Below are positions 49,104 to 58,379 of a stretch of DNA of 64,000 bases, in pieces (position 1 is the stretch's first letter; every line of letters begins with the position of its first letter). The DNA lies in the IMG/VR virus record IMGVR_UViG_3300017788_002882, positions 1 to 64,000 of that record, one strand, 5' to 3'. The position numbers were made by a program, and so were the translations under genes. The notes under the pieces were generated by a model, which was not told the DNA's origin, made no database searches, and was given only the letters and a program-made list of their open reading frames with translations. The DNA is from a virus.

Positions 49104-52100
49104 ATGAAGTCATTCATTACTCACACAACCGAAAATTATGAACATATAACATTGAATTTGGTTAAAAGTATTAACAAATATTCTGACTATAAAATTATTG
49201 TTTACACAATAGACTATGATGGTTCTGAAACCCTAAAAAAAGAAACTGAATGTATTAGATTGGATTTGAATCTTCCAAATTTGGACGATTCTAGTTTCGT
49301 TTCAGATTTGAATGGTAATTTATATGTGAATCGAGGACAATTAAGGACTTATCTAACCTTAGGGGCTAAAATTGACGTTATGTTGTCAGCATCGTCGATT
49401 GTTGACGAATGGATTTATATTGACTCAGATAGTATTGTCAATACAAATATTGATGAGTTATTCTATTATTGTGAAAAAATTACAGATTTTCCTTTAGCAA
49501 GTTTAGGGCCCCAACAATACGTTTTAATTGTTGATTCTGATGGTAAAGTGAGGGGAAACCCTTATTGGAAAGAAAACGGAACTATTGATAATGAAAATAC
49601 TTTAGAGTGGCCATTAATGAGATTTATGGGTATGAATCCGAATCAGAGAAGTGATTATAGAACCACAAATTTGATTGTAGGAAATTTCAAAACTAAAGAG
49701 TTTTTGAGGACATGGAAAGAACTCAAAGATTTTTTACCGAAATTTGTATCACTAAAGACCATTGTTCCTTATCACGAAGAAACACTATACAATGTATTAA
49801 CTTGGAAAATTAACCCGAATCATGAAGGGTTGCCTATTTCATACATAAATGTTGATAGTTCCTCCACATTAAACCACTTTTTTTCGTTTGAATCAAAAAA
49901 ATTAACGAGATTAGGAGCCTTTTACACCATACCAGAAAATAAAAATGAAATCAAGATTTTCCACGGAGAAAAACGACAATCAGAAATTGATAAGATGTTT
50001 GAAATAATTGATAGTCAGAAAAAAATCAGAGTATTATTTCTATCCCCCCATCTTTCAACGGGTGGGATGCCATCTTATCTATTAAAGAGAATCGAATCTT
50101 TAATTTCATTGTATTCTGACGTTGAAATTTATGTTGCGGAGTTTTGTGAATATTCAACTCTCTATACAGTCCAAAGGGACAGGATAAAACAACTCATACC
50201 TGAAAATAGATTTTGGACAATTAATACTCTGAGTAATCACACTGTTGAAAATTCAATGAAGGTTATAGACATCATCAAGGAAAATCAAATAGATGTTGTC
50301 CATATTGATGAAATGGTGGAGGGATTCGATTCATTCAATAAAATGCCAAATGAGTTGAAAAACGCTCTATATACTGATGATAGAACATGGAGAGTTGTCG
50401 AGACTTGTCATAATATTTGGTTTGACCCCAACACTTCCAAATCGTTTCATCCCGATGCTTATGCTTTTTGTACTCCATACCATAAGGAAGTTTCTTTCAA
50501 AAACATGCCGTCTCGGAAAGAGGTTTTCGAATTTCCTATCGAAAACCGATTCAGAACTCGTGAAGAACAAGTCCGTTGTTTGGAAACTTTGGGATTGGAT
50601 ACTTTGAAGGTTCACGTTCTTAATGTTGGACTTTGGACTTCAGGGAAAAATCAGAAAGAAGGTCTCGAAATTGCAAGACATTTCCAAAATTACAATGTAG
50701 AATTCCATTTTGTTGGTAATCAAGCATCCAACTTTGAAAGCTATTGGGGACCGTTGATGAACGATTTACCTTCAAACGTCAAAGTTTGGGGTGAAAGAAG
50801 TGATGTTGAAACTTTCATGAAAGCTTCAGATGTTTTGATGTTCAATTCCACTTGGGAATGTAATCCTTTAGTAATCAGAGAAGCTGCTTCATTTGGTCTT
50901 AAGATTATTGCTCGAGATCTGCCGCAATATGTTGGAATGTTCAAGGGACTTATTTGCCCACTCGAGAATGATATACTATCGAATGTCCATTTGTTGAAAA
51001 GGCTCATTTCATCAACACGAAATTATAAAGTTTTGGATGGAATGACCTCGGAATTTGCTAAAAAACATTATGACTTATATAAATCAATTATTACTCAATC
51101 ACCAACGAAGAACGTGAAAAAAAATTCGAATGTGAAAATCAAAAAATACTTCATCACCCAACCTTTCTTAGAAATAATTGGAGAAAGTGATAGTGAGTTC
51201 GAAGTCAAATTTTTCGATGAAAAAGGTATTTGCCATTATAAAAACAAAATAAAGTCAAACCACTGGGTCAGATTGAATAGACAATACTTTACTAAATGGA
51301 ATACAAAGATTTATGAAAATGGTCTTTTGATATATGATAAAACTTTGAATTATAGTGATAAAAGGGTTTTTATTAACTTCGATAGTAAATCTTTGGGTGA
51401 TACTGTTTCTTGGATTCCTTATGCACTCGAATTTAAAAAAGCTCACAACTGTGATGTAGTTGTTTCAACGTTTTGGAACCATCTATTTAAGGAAGTTTAT
51501 CCTGAATTAGAATTTGTCCAACCAGGAACTGTAGTACACAATATTTTTGGGCAATATAATCTTGGGTGGTTTTGGGACGAAAGTAAGGAACCTGAATTAC
51601 CTAATACAATCCCATTACAAAAAGCCGCATCGAATATATTGGGTCTACCTTTTAGTGAAATCAAACCAAGAATCCATTATAAAATAGGTGAAAGACCATA
51701 CTCCGAGAAGTACATTACAATTGCAACAAATTCCACAGCGGGATGTAAATTTTGGACTAAAGAAGGTTGGCAACAATTGATAAATTATCTAAACTCAATA
51801 GGATATAAAGTTGTCAATGTCTCGAAAGAAAATAATCCGTTCGACAACTGTGTAAAATTGCAAGATACTTCTATTGAAAATACAATCAATGTTATTCACC
51901 ACAGTGAATTTTTTATTGGACTCTCAAGTGGATTGTCTTGGTTGTCATGGGGAATTGGAAAACATGTGGTTATGATTAGTAACTTTACAGAAGCCGACCA
52001 CGAATTCACATCGAATTGCACAAGAATTACGAATCCAAGTGTTTGTAACAGTTGCTGGAATAACCCTAACTACAAGTTTGATAAAGGAGATTGGAATTGG

Positions 52101-52196
52101 TGCCCAGTTCATAAAGGAACAACTCGCCAATTTGAATGTCACACATCAATAACATCTGAAATGGTGATAAATAAAATACAACACTTATTAAAATGA
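49104..52196 (+). CDS. Three-module glycosyltransferase: GT-A-like + GT4-like + TibC/Aah-like protein O-heptosyltransferase
   Basis: YIDSDS (DxD); HLSTGGMP...KNQ...E.NPLV.REA (GT4); SLGD...W.PY...F...H.C...FFIGLSSGLSWL.W...CNSCWN...WCP...RQFEC (Aah/TibC with four Cys). Confidence 0.85.
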   Translation: MKSFITHTTENYEHITLNLVKSINKYSDYKIIVYTIDYDGSETLKKETECIRLDLNLPNLDDSSFVSDLNGNLYVNRGQLRTYLTLGAKIDVMLSASSIVDEWIYIDSDSIVNTNIDELFYYCEKITDFPLASLGPQQYVLIVDSDGKVRGNPYWKENGTIDNENTLEWPLMRFMGMNPNQRSDYRTTNLIVGNFKTKEFLRTWKELKDFLPKFVSLKTIVPYHEETLYNVLTWKINPNHEGLPISYINVDSSSTLNHFFSFESKKLTRLGAFYTIPENKNEIKIFHGEKRQSEIDKMFEIIDSQKKIRVLFLSPHLSTGGMPSYLLKRIESLISLYSDVEIYVAEFCEYSTLYTVQRDRIKQLIPENRFWTINTLSNHTVENSMKVIDIIKENQIDVVHIDEMVEGFDSFNKMPNELKNALYTDDRTWRVVETCHNIWFDPNTSKSFHPDAYAFCTPYHKEVSFKNMPSRKEVFEFPIENRFRTREEQVRCLETLGLDTLKVHVLNVGLWTSGKNQKEGLEIARHFQNYNVEFHFVGNQASNFESYWGPLMNDLPSNVKVWGERSDVETFMKASDVLMFNSTWECNPLVIREAASFGLKIIARDLPQYVGMFKGLICPLENDILSNVHLLKRLISSTRNYKVLDGMTSEFAKKHYDLYKSIITQSPTKNVKKNSNVKIKKYFITQPFLEIIGESDSEFEVKFFDEKGICHYKNKIKSNHWVRLNRQYFTKWNTKIYENGLLIYDKTLNYSDKRVFINFDSKSLGDTVSWIPYALEFKKAHNCDVVVSTFWNHLFKEVYPELEFVQPGTVVHNIFGQYNLGWFWDESKEPELPNTIPLQKAASNILGLPFSEIKPRIHYKIGERPYSEKYITIATNSTAGCKFWTKEGWQQLINYLNSIGYKVVNVSKENNPFDNCVKLQDTSIENTINVIHHSEFFIGLSSGLSWLSWGIGKHVVMISNFTEADHEFTSNCTRITNPSVCNSCWNNPNYKFDKGDWNWCPVHKGTTRQFECHTSITSEMVINKIQHLLK

Positions 52197-52864
52197 ACTT
52201 AGACCAATTTGTATGGGAACCAAAATGTTATAATGGATTCCGCGAAACCGTAGAACAAGAAATTTTTATTGATAAAATTTATGAAAGACATGTTCGAGTT
52301 GAAGAAGGTGATGTAGTTTTTGACATTGGAGCAAGTTTGGGGCCATTCACATTTTCTATATTAGATAAATCCCCGTCACAAGTTTTTGCTTTCGAACCAA
52401 GTTACGAAGAATTCAAAACATTGGTCCTTAACACAAGACATGGGAACGTAACTCATATCAATAAGGGCATTAGTAACATTGTAGGAGAATTTAATTTTAC
52501 AGACGTATTCGATTTGACAGGGAATCACAAACTATATTCAACATCATTTAAAAAAGTTATTGAAGATTATGGAATCAAAAAAATTGATTTTTTGAAAACG
52601 GATTGTGAAAGTGGTGAGTATGAGATTTTCACTTTAGATAATTTGTTTTGGATTAAAAACAACGTAAAAAAAATATCAGGTGAGTGGCACTTGAGAACTC
52701 CTGAACTTAAGGAAAAATTTAAGATTTTTAGAGATGTTTACCTACGATTTTTCCCAAACTTCAAAATATTTTCTTTCGATGGAGTTGATATTACTTGGTC
52801 AATTTGGAATGAGGATTTTATTCCGTACTATAATGAAGTTATGATATACATTGATAATAGATAA
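52193..52864 (+). CDS. FkbM family methyltransferase
   Basis: VFDIGAS.G.F, AFEP, IDFLKTDCE.GEY and EWH. Confidence 0.88.
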   Translation: MNLDQFVWEPKCYNGFRETVEQEIFIDKIYERHVRVEEGDVVFDIGASLGPFTFSILDKSPSQVFAFEPSYEEFKTLVLNTRHGNVTHINKGISNIVGEFNFTDVFDLTGNHKLYSTSFKKVIEDYGIKKIDFLKTDCESGEYEIFTLDNLFWIKNNVKKISGEWHLRTPELKEKFKIFRDVYLRFFPNFKIFSFDGVDITWSIWNEDFIPYYNEVMIYIDNR

Positions 52865-52912
52865 AGACTTTGAGTTGCACTATATTTATACTTAAGGAAA
52901 AAACAAAAAAAT

Positions 52913-55651
52913 ATGAAAGGAACAGTATTCTCAGCCGATTTTGTCAAAGACTCTAACGGAAACTTAAGATTATTAGAACTGAACACGGATACAGGGTTTA
53001 TAGATCAGGAATTAGTAAATTTTGATTTCAATGGATTCTTGACTGTATTGTCTTCTAATAACATCACAACATTAGACATTATTTATAAACCATTTTTGCA
53101 CATTGATTTTGTTAATAAATTGATAGAAGAGGTGAATAATACCTTACCACTTATTTCAATCACCTTACATGATGAAAACATTAATTCAATCTATCCGACA
53201 TCAGTTCCTGATGCCGCAGATAAATTTGTGTTGAGATTAGCTTACGACGAAACTGCAATATTTGATAGTGTTTACTGTAAAAATAGATTGAATGTTTATA
53301 ATTTGTTCACTGAAGGTTCAATTACAGACAACTGTGTTGGTTATTACCATTCTTCATCTTTGGGAACTTTTGACACCTTAACAAAAGAGGTAAATGCCTC
53401 TAATATACCAGATGCCGCGATAAAAGACATTTACGAATCATTCAATCCAATTGATTTTTACAAAATAAATGTTGACAATGGAACAGTTGAAGAAAATTGG
53501 GATAATTTTATTCAAGATAAATCTGCAGAAGATATTCTGATTGAACAATACCATTTTCATTCGTCAACTCTCGATGAGAATAACCACGTTACGTCTATCA
53601 GATTTTTTGCAATAGTATATGGCCCTAATTTAGACATTCTTCCTTTACATAGTTACAAAATAAGTTCAATATTCGAACTACCCACTTCGATTGATTTGGA
53701 AGAAAACTCAAATAAAGTGAAAGATTATCATTTTTATGAATTTGCAACTAATATGTTCAAAAAAGATTCTGCTGGAATCTTATCTTCACACGAAGTTTTA
53801 ATGGGGGACCAAACTTGGGAAGAAATATCCGAGATTCAGGTTGGAGATAGTATTCAATCTTATTTAATTAGTGGTTCACCACAAAGTGAATCTGATTTAA
53901 ATTCTTTGAGTTGGAACTATGAAGGTGACGAATTTCCTGAAGGGTCTTATCTAACAACCTCCAATGTAGTATTCAAAGATGTTGCCAATTTAAAATATAA
54001 TTCTATGATGGAAATGGTAATAGATAGTGATTCATTATTTTCAGGCATTAATAAAAAATATTTAGTCTATGATAGTTTAACTAATAAAAGTAGTTATAAA
54101 TTTATCTCAGAAATCAATGCAATTACAGACTACCTTTATGACATAAATGGACAACTAATTCAAGTTGATGAACTAAATTTTTATGTATCTTCAGAAAATG
54201 GGTTGTCGTTTGTAGAACTTGATGTTGAAGATTCGGACACTTATATTATAAATGGATCTACAGCGTTTCATAGTGTAGTTTCTCATAACGCTCCTTGTTT
54301 TGTAGCAGGAACTCCGATTTTGATGGCAGATGGAAGTCAGTTGAACATTGAAGATGTAAAAATTGGTGACAAAATTTTATCATTCGATTTTAAAAATAAT
54401 GATTCAAAAATTGGACAAGTGCTCAATATATTTTCAAGAAAGGTTAATAAAATTGTCGAATATGAATTTTCTAATGGTGGAATACTCAAATCTACATTGG
54501 ACCATCCATTATATGCTTTAGACAAAGGATGGTCATCATATTCTGAAACCTTATCAAATAATTTGTACAGTTTAGAAGAGTCTGTTAAAAAAATTGAAGT
54601 CGGTGATACTATAAAGTTTTACGATAGTACTTCAACTATTACTCAAATGCAAGTTTTTGATGGAGATTTTACGGTTTACAACTTATCAGAAATCGAAAAA
54701 TACCATAATTACTACGCTAATAATGTCTTAGTCCATAATCGATTTTGTTTTGTAAAAGGTACAATGATTGAAATGGCAGATGGGACATCAAAAAAAATTG
54801 AAGATGTTAAAATAGATGATTTAGTAATTTCTTTTAATGAAGAAACAAAAACTAAGGAATCTCAAAAAGTTACAAAAATAGTTTCCCCAATTCACAACGA
54901 TTTAGTAATTTATCATTTCGAAAACGGTAAAAATATTACTTGTACATTTGACCATCCATTCTATGTAAATGGTTTAGAACTAGCTTCATATAAACCTTCT
55001 TTGACAAACGACAGATATAAACTTGGTGTCGATGTTTCCCAAATAAAAATCGGTGATGTTGTCAACTTAATTGATGATACGTTTACTACAATAACTTCAT
55101 TCGAGGAATTAGAAAAGTCTCAGACTGAAACTTTTATATTTGAAGTAGAAAATAATCATAATTTTTATGCAAACGGTATTCTTACTCACAACAAATTCTG
55201 TTTCATAGCAGGAACAAAAATTTTGTTAGAAGACGATATCGAAAAAAACATAGAAGAAATACAAATCGGTGATGTAGTTTTATCATATAACGAAGAAAAA
55301 AAAACCATCGAACCCAAAAAGGTTACAAACACTTCTTCACCAATACATGATGATTTAGTAGAATATACTTTATCGAATGGGATTAAAATAACTTCAACTT
55401 TTGACCACCCGTATTATGTTAATGGTTTGGAACTTGCGTCTTACAAACCAGAGTGGACCAATGAAAGATACATTTTACCTTCCAATGTGATTGAAATTAG
55501 AGTTGGAGATTTTGTAAATCTGTCTGACAATGAAACTGTAAAAATTGAATCTATAATGGAATTAAGTCGAATTAACACTCGGACGTATATCATTTCTGTG
55601 GAAGACAATCACAATTTTTACGCAAATAAAATTTTAGTACATAACAAATAA
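52913..55651 (+). CDS. Circularly-permuted ATP-grasp-like domain followed by four tandem Hint (intein-like) domains
   Basis: N-terminal SADFVKD.NG.LRLLELNTD; Hint domains at G288-N459, C462-N609, C612-N760 and C763-N911 with CF.AGT starts, T.DHP block B and terminal HN. Confidence 0.85.
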   Translation: MKGTVFSADFVKDSNGNLRLLELNTDTGFIDQELVNFDFNGFLTVLSSNNITTLDIIYKPFLHIDFVNKLIEEVNNTLPLISITLHDENINSIYPTSVPDAADKFVLRLAYDETAIFDSVYCKNRLNVYNLFTEGSITDNCVGYYHSSSLGTFDTLTKEVNASNIPDAAIKDIYESFNPIDFYKINVDNGTVEENWDNFIQDKSAEDILIEQYHFHSSTLDENNHVTSIRFFAIVYGPNLDILPLHSYKISSIFELPTSIDLEENSNKVKDYHFYEFATNMFKKDSAGILSSHEVLMGDQTWEEISEIQVGDSIQSYLISGSPQSESDLNSLSWNYEGDEFPEGSYLTTSNVVFKDVANLKYNSMMEMVIDSDSLFSGINKKYLVYDSLTNKSSYKFISEINAITDYLYDINGQLIQVDELNFYVSSENGLSFVELDVEDSDTYIINGSTAFHSVVSHNAPCFVAGTPILMADGSQLNIEDVKIGDKILSFDFKNNDSKIGQVLNIFSRKVNKIVEYEFSNGGILKSTLDHPLYALDKGWSSYSETLSNNLYSLEESVKKIEVGDTIKFYDSTSTITQMQVFDGDFTVYNLSEIEKYHNYYANNVLVHNRFCFVKGTMIEMADGTSKKIEDVKIDDLVISFNEETKTKESQKVTKIVSPIHNDLVIYHFENGKNITCTFDHPFYVNGLELASYKPSLTNDRYKLGVDVSQIKIGDVVNLIDDTFTTITSFEELEKSQTETFIFEVENNHNFYANGILTHNKFCFIAGTKILLEDDIEKNIEEIQIGDVVLSYNEEKKTIEPKKVTNTSSPIHDDLVEYTLSNGIKITSTFDHPYYVNGLELASYKPEWTNERYILPSNVIEIRVGDFVNLSDNETVKIESIMELSRINTRTYIISVEDNHNFYANKILVHNK

Positions 55652-55654
55652 ACT

Positions 55655-55807
55655 ATGGATATTACAAAACACCCAAATCTATATAAAAAGAAACCACTAA
55701 GCGAAGTAAAGAATAGAACAACTTCATATTTGTCTAATACTGAAAAAGCTAGATTAGACAGTGTAATCAACAAGTTTTTTGAATTATTCATCGCTAAACA
55801 TTTGTAA
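55655..55807 (+). CDS. Small basic protein (50 aa)
   Basis: Manual translation MDITKHPNLYKKKPLSEVKNRTTSYLSNTEKARLDSVINKFFELFIAKHL; starts after a 3-nt gap following the Hint gene stop, TAATG overlap with the next gene. Confidence 0.7.
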   Translation: MDITKHPNLYKKKPLSEVKNRTTSYLSNTEKARLDSVINKFFELFIAKHL

Positions 55808-56262
55808 TGGATGCATACAATTACATAAAAAATCATGTTTTTGTAAAACTTAAACCAAGCAAAATTTCGGGTGTAGGAGTCTTTGCGATTAAGGAAATTC
55901 CAATGGATACAGAATTGTTTCATGTGTGGGAAGGTAAAACTGGATTCTATCCCATTTCACAGACCGAATTGAATGATTTGGATTCTGATTTACAAAATCA
56001 CATTCATGATTTATTTTTATTATCTACTCAATTTCCATTAGACACTAATATCTATGTTAAGTTGACTAAAGGTTGTCATTGGATTTACACAAATCCATAC
56101 TATTTTGTTAATAGTGGGTTTTATACTAAAAATGCAAACATTGATAAAGAAAGTATGAAATCAATCGAACATATTAGGAAAGGTGAAGAACTTTTGAGTA
56201 ATTACCAAAGACATGAAAAAATAGATACACAATTTTATGGTTCAGTTAATAAAATTATCTGA
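55807..56262 (+). CDS. SET domain protein
   Basis: LKPSKI.GVGVFA...I, FVNS and I.KGEELL.NY. Confidence 0.8.
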   Translation: MDAYNYIKNHVFVKLKPSKISGVGVFAIKEIPMDTELFHVWEGKTGFYPISQTELNDLDSDLQNHIHDLFLLSTQFPLDTNIYVKLTKGCHWIYTNPYYFVNSGFYTKNANIDKESMKSIEHIRKGEELLSNYQRHEKIDTQFYGSVNKII

Positions 56263-56836
56263 TAAATTCACAATTTACAAATCTCACGACGAGAATTTTT
56301 CTAATATCAAAAACGATTGCATCAAATATGTGAAATTAAATGATTCATTAGTTATTCACCCAACTCCACAAAATAAAAACAATTCAATTTGGGTAGAAAT
56401 AAAATCTGAATGTTTTTTAACCATTAACAACTTAATCAAAAGTCATGTGGAAAAAATTTCTGGTGAAAAATTTAAAAATTACGCTGAACATTTTTGGATA
56501 TATACCCAAACTAAAGGGTTTAATTTAGAATGGATGCATCAACATCTATTAGTTCATCCACCTGGAGTATCATTTATTAAAACAGATTATACTTTCACAT
56601 ACTATTTTCAAACCCCAACTGATATAAGTGGAGATGAGGGTCACATAGTATTTGAAACTGAGGATGGTGTAAGACATAAGTTTTTACCTGAAGAGGGAGA
56701 TTTTTTTATTTTTCCAGCAGACATACGACATACTGCAATACCGACTCCTAACTCTGAGATAGATAGAATCGTTTACGCAGGAAACCTATGTTTAAACATT
56801 GAAAATCAACGAGAAATTGGGACAACTTTAATTTAA
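56237..56836 (+). CDS. Putative 2OG-Fe(II) oxygenase (TIGR02466-like)
   Basis: HQH...YY......G...F....P.EGD..IFP....H...P....R...AGN. Confidence 0.8.
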   Translation: MVQLIKLSDKFTIYKSHDENFSNIKNDCIKYVKLNDSLVIHPTPQNKNNSIWVEIKSECFLTINNLIKSHVEKISGEKFKNYAEHFWIYTQTKGFNLEWMHQHLLVHPPGVSFIKTDYTFTYYFQTPTDISGDEGHIVFETEDGVRHKFLPEEGDFFIFPADIRHTAIPTPNSEIDRIVYAGNLCLNIENQREIGTTLI

Positions 56837-56844
56837 TAAAAATC

Positions 56845-57318
56845 ATGACACCATTTGAATATATAAAAAACTATGTAGTGAGTGCACTAAAGCCAAGTCG
56901 TATTCACGGAGTTGGATTTTTTGCAATCAGAGATATTGAAATTGGTGAATCAATATTTAATCCTTGGTTTGGTGAAAGTGGGATATATTCTATCGACCAC
57001 GATGAATTATTTCAATTACCAACGGAATTACAAAAAACAATGTTAGAAACTTTTGACAATAAAATATTCTATATTAACAAAGAAAACCAAGAACAATACA
57101 TAGAAAAAGAGTATGGTAAAATTTTCTTCCCATTAGAAAAAGGGTTTCATTGGATTTATATTTGGCCGAAAACTTTTATTAATAGTGGATTAAATAACGC
57201 GAATGTCGATACAATTAATCATGTTAATCCAATTGCATTAAGAAAGATATACAGTGGCGAAGAACTATTAGCGAACTACGGCTCAGAATTTAAGACTACT
57301 CCGAAAAACTTTATATAG
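56845..57318 (+). CDS. SET domain protein (paralog of 55807)
   Basis: LKPSRIHGVGFFAIRDI, FINS and ALR.I..GEELL.NYG. Confidence 0.82.
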   Translation: MTPFEYIKNYVVSALKPSRIHGVGFFAIRDIEIGESIFNPWFGESGIYSIDHDELFQLPTELQKTMLETFDNKIFYINKENQEQYIEKEYGKIFFPLEKGFHWIYIWPKTFINSGLNNANVDTINHVNPIALRKIYSGEELLANYGSEFKTTPKNFI

Positions 57319-57335
57319 AAACCCCTATAAAAAAA

Positions 57336-57890
57336 ATGACACATAATGTAAAATACAATTGGGAGTTCAATAAAGAAGACATACTTCGAAAAGTCTATAA
57401 AAATAAATCCCTACTGAAACAACCAAATGGTAATACATCACAAAACACAGATGAATTAATGTTTTGTTGTAGAGAATTTGACTCCATCAAAAATTTTGTT
57501 GTTAATCAGTATTTTGAATTAAAAAAAACTCAACATGTAGATTATGCGGTCAGTATGTGGTCTTACATCCAAACAAAAGATTTGCCTCCATCGAATTATA
57601 TATGGCACACACACTCAAAATTAGATGGAGGTAGAACCCAACTTAAAACTGATTACACATTTGTTTTCTATGTACAAATACCCCCAAATTTGGAGAATGG
57701 GGAAGGTGACTTATTGATTAAAGATAAAAACAATCATATTCATAGGATTACACCAAAGGAGGGTGAAATCATTTTTTTCCCTGGATATTTATGGCATGTT
57801 CCAACACACACACCAACATCTACTATTGATAGGGTTGTTATTGCGGGAAATATTTCTTCTGAATTTTTATTAAATACCGTTTTAATATAA
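57336..57890 (+). CDS. Putative 2OG-Fe(II) oxygenase (paralog of 56237)
   Basis: WHTH, KTDYTFV.Y.Q.P, P.EGE..FFP..L.H.P and DRVVIAGN. Confidence 0.8.
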   Translation: MTHNVKYNWEFNKEDILRKVYKNKSLLKQPNGNTSQNTDELMFCCREFDSIKNFVVNQYFELKKTQHVDYAVSMWSYIQTKDLPPSNYIWHTHSKLDGGRTQLKTDYTFVFYVQIPPNLENGEGDLLIKDKNNHIHRITPKEGEIIFFPGYLWHVPTHTPTSTIDRVVIAGNISSEFLLNTVLI

Positions 57891-57895
57891 TAAAT

Positions 57896-58372
57896 ATGAT
57901 CACTTACATACCCAACTTCCTAAGTAATTATGAATGTGAATATTATATTAATTTGTTCAAATCAAATGATATAGAGTTTATGGAATGGATTCAAAAAAAA
58001 AATAGACTTGGTGATAATGATGTACTAAAATTTTATTACACAGATATAACAGATAATAAATTTGAGACCGACAAGTTTCCCAATTATATTTTCAAAAAGT
58101 TAAGAATACAAATGGTGAACGAATCAATAGACCAATGTAAAGCTCCACATACTCATGTGAATCCATGGTCGTTTGTCATTTTCCTGAATGAAAATTTCAT
58201 TGGGGGAGAATTAGTTTTCGATAATATCGAATATGAACCAAAAACAGGAGATATGGTTTATTTTTCTGGAGAAGAGAGGCACAAACTTAACAATTGTGTC
58301 GGTGATAGATATACTCTCATTGGAGGGATGCAAAATAATCCTTTAAACGTGAAAACAGGAAAATTAATTTGA
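57896..58372 (+). CDS. 2OG-Fe(II) oxygenase (prolyl-hydroxylase-like fold)
   Basis: FLS..EC, PHTH, FLNE.F.GGEL.F, P.TG....F....H and G.RYTL. Confidence 0.8.
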   Translation: MITYIPNFLSNYECEYYINLFKSNDIEFMEWIQKKNRLGDNDVLKFYYTDITDNKFETDKFPNYIFKKLRIQMVNESIDQCKAPHTHVNPWSFVIFLNENFIGGELVFDNIEYEPKTGDMVYFSGEERHKLNNCVGDRYTLIGGMQNNPLNVKTGKLI

Positions 58373-58379
58373 ATGTGGA

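Noticed and set aside
45544-52864. Bacterial LPS or capsule locus
   Set aside because: No wzx/wzy/ABC exporter or nucleotide-sugar synthesis core; flanked by phage structural and replication genes.
54296-55645. Hint domains as classical mobile inteins
   Set aside because: No homing endonuclease, no +1 Cys/Ser/Thr, and they are not inserted in a conserved host-protein site; they behave like BIL-type Hint domains.
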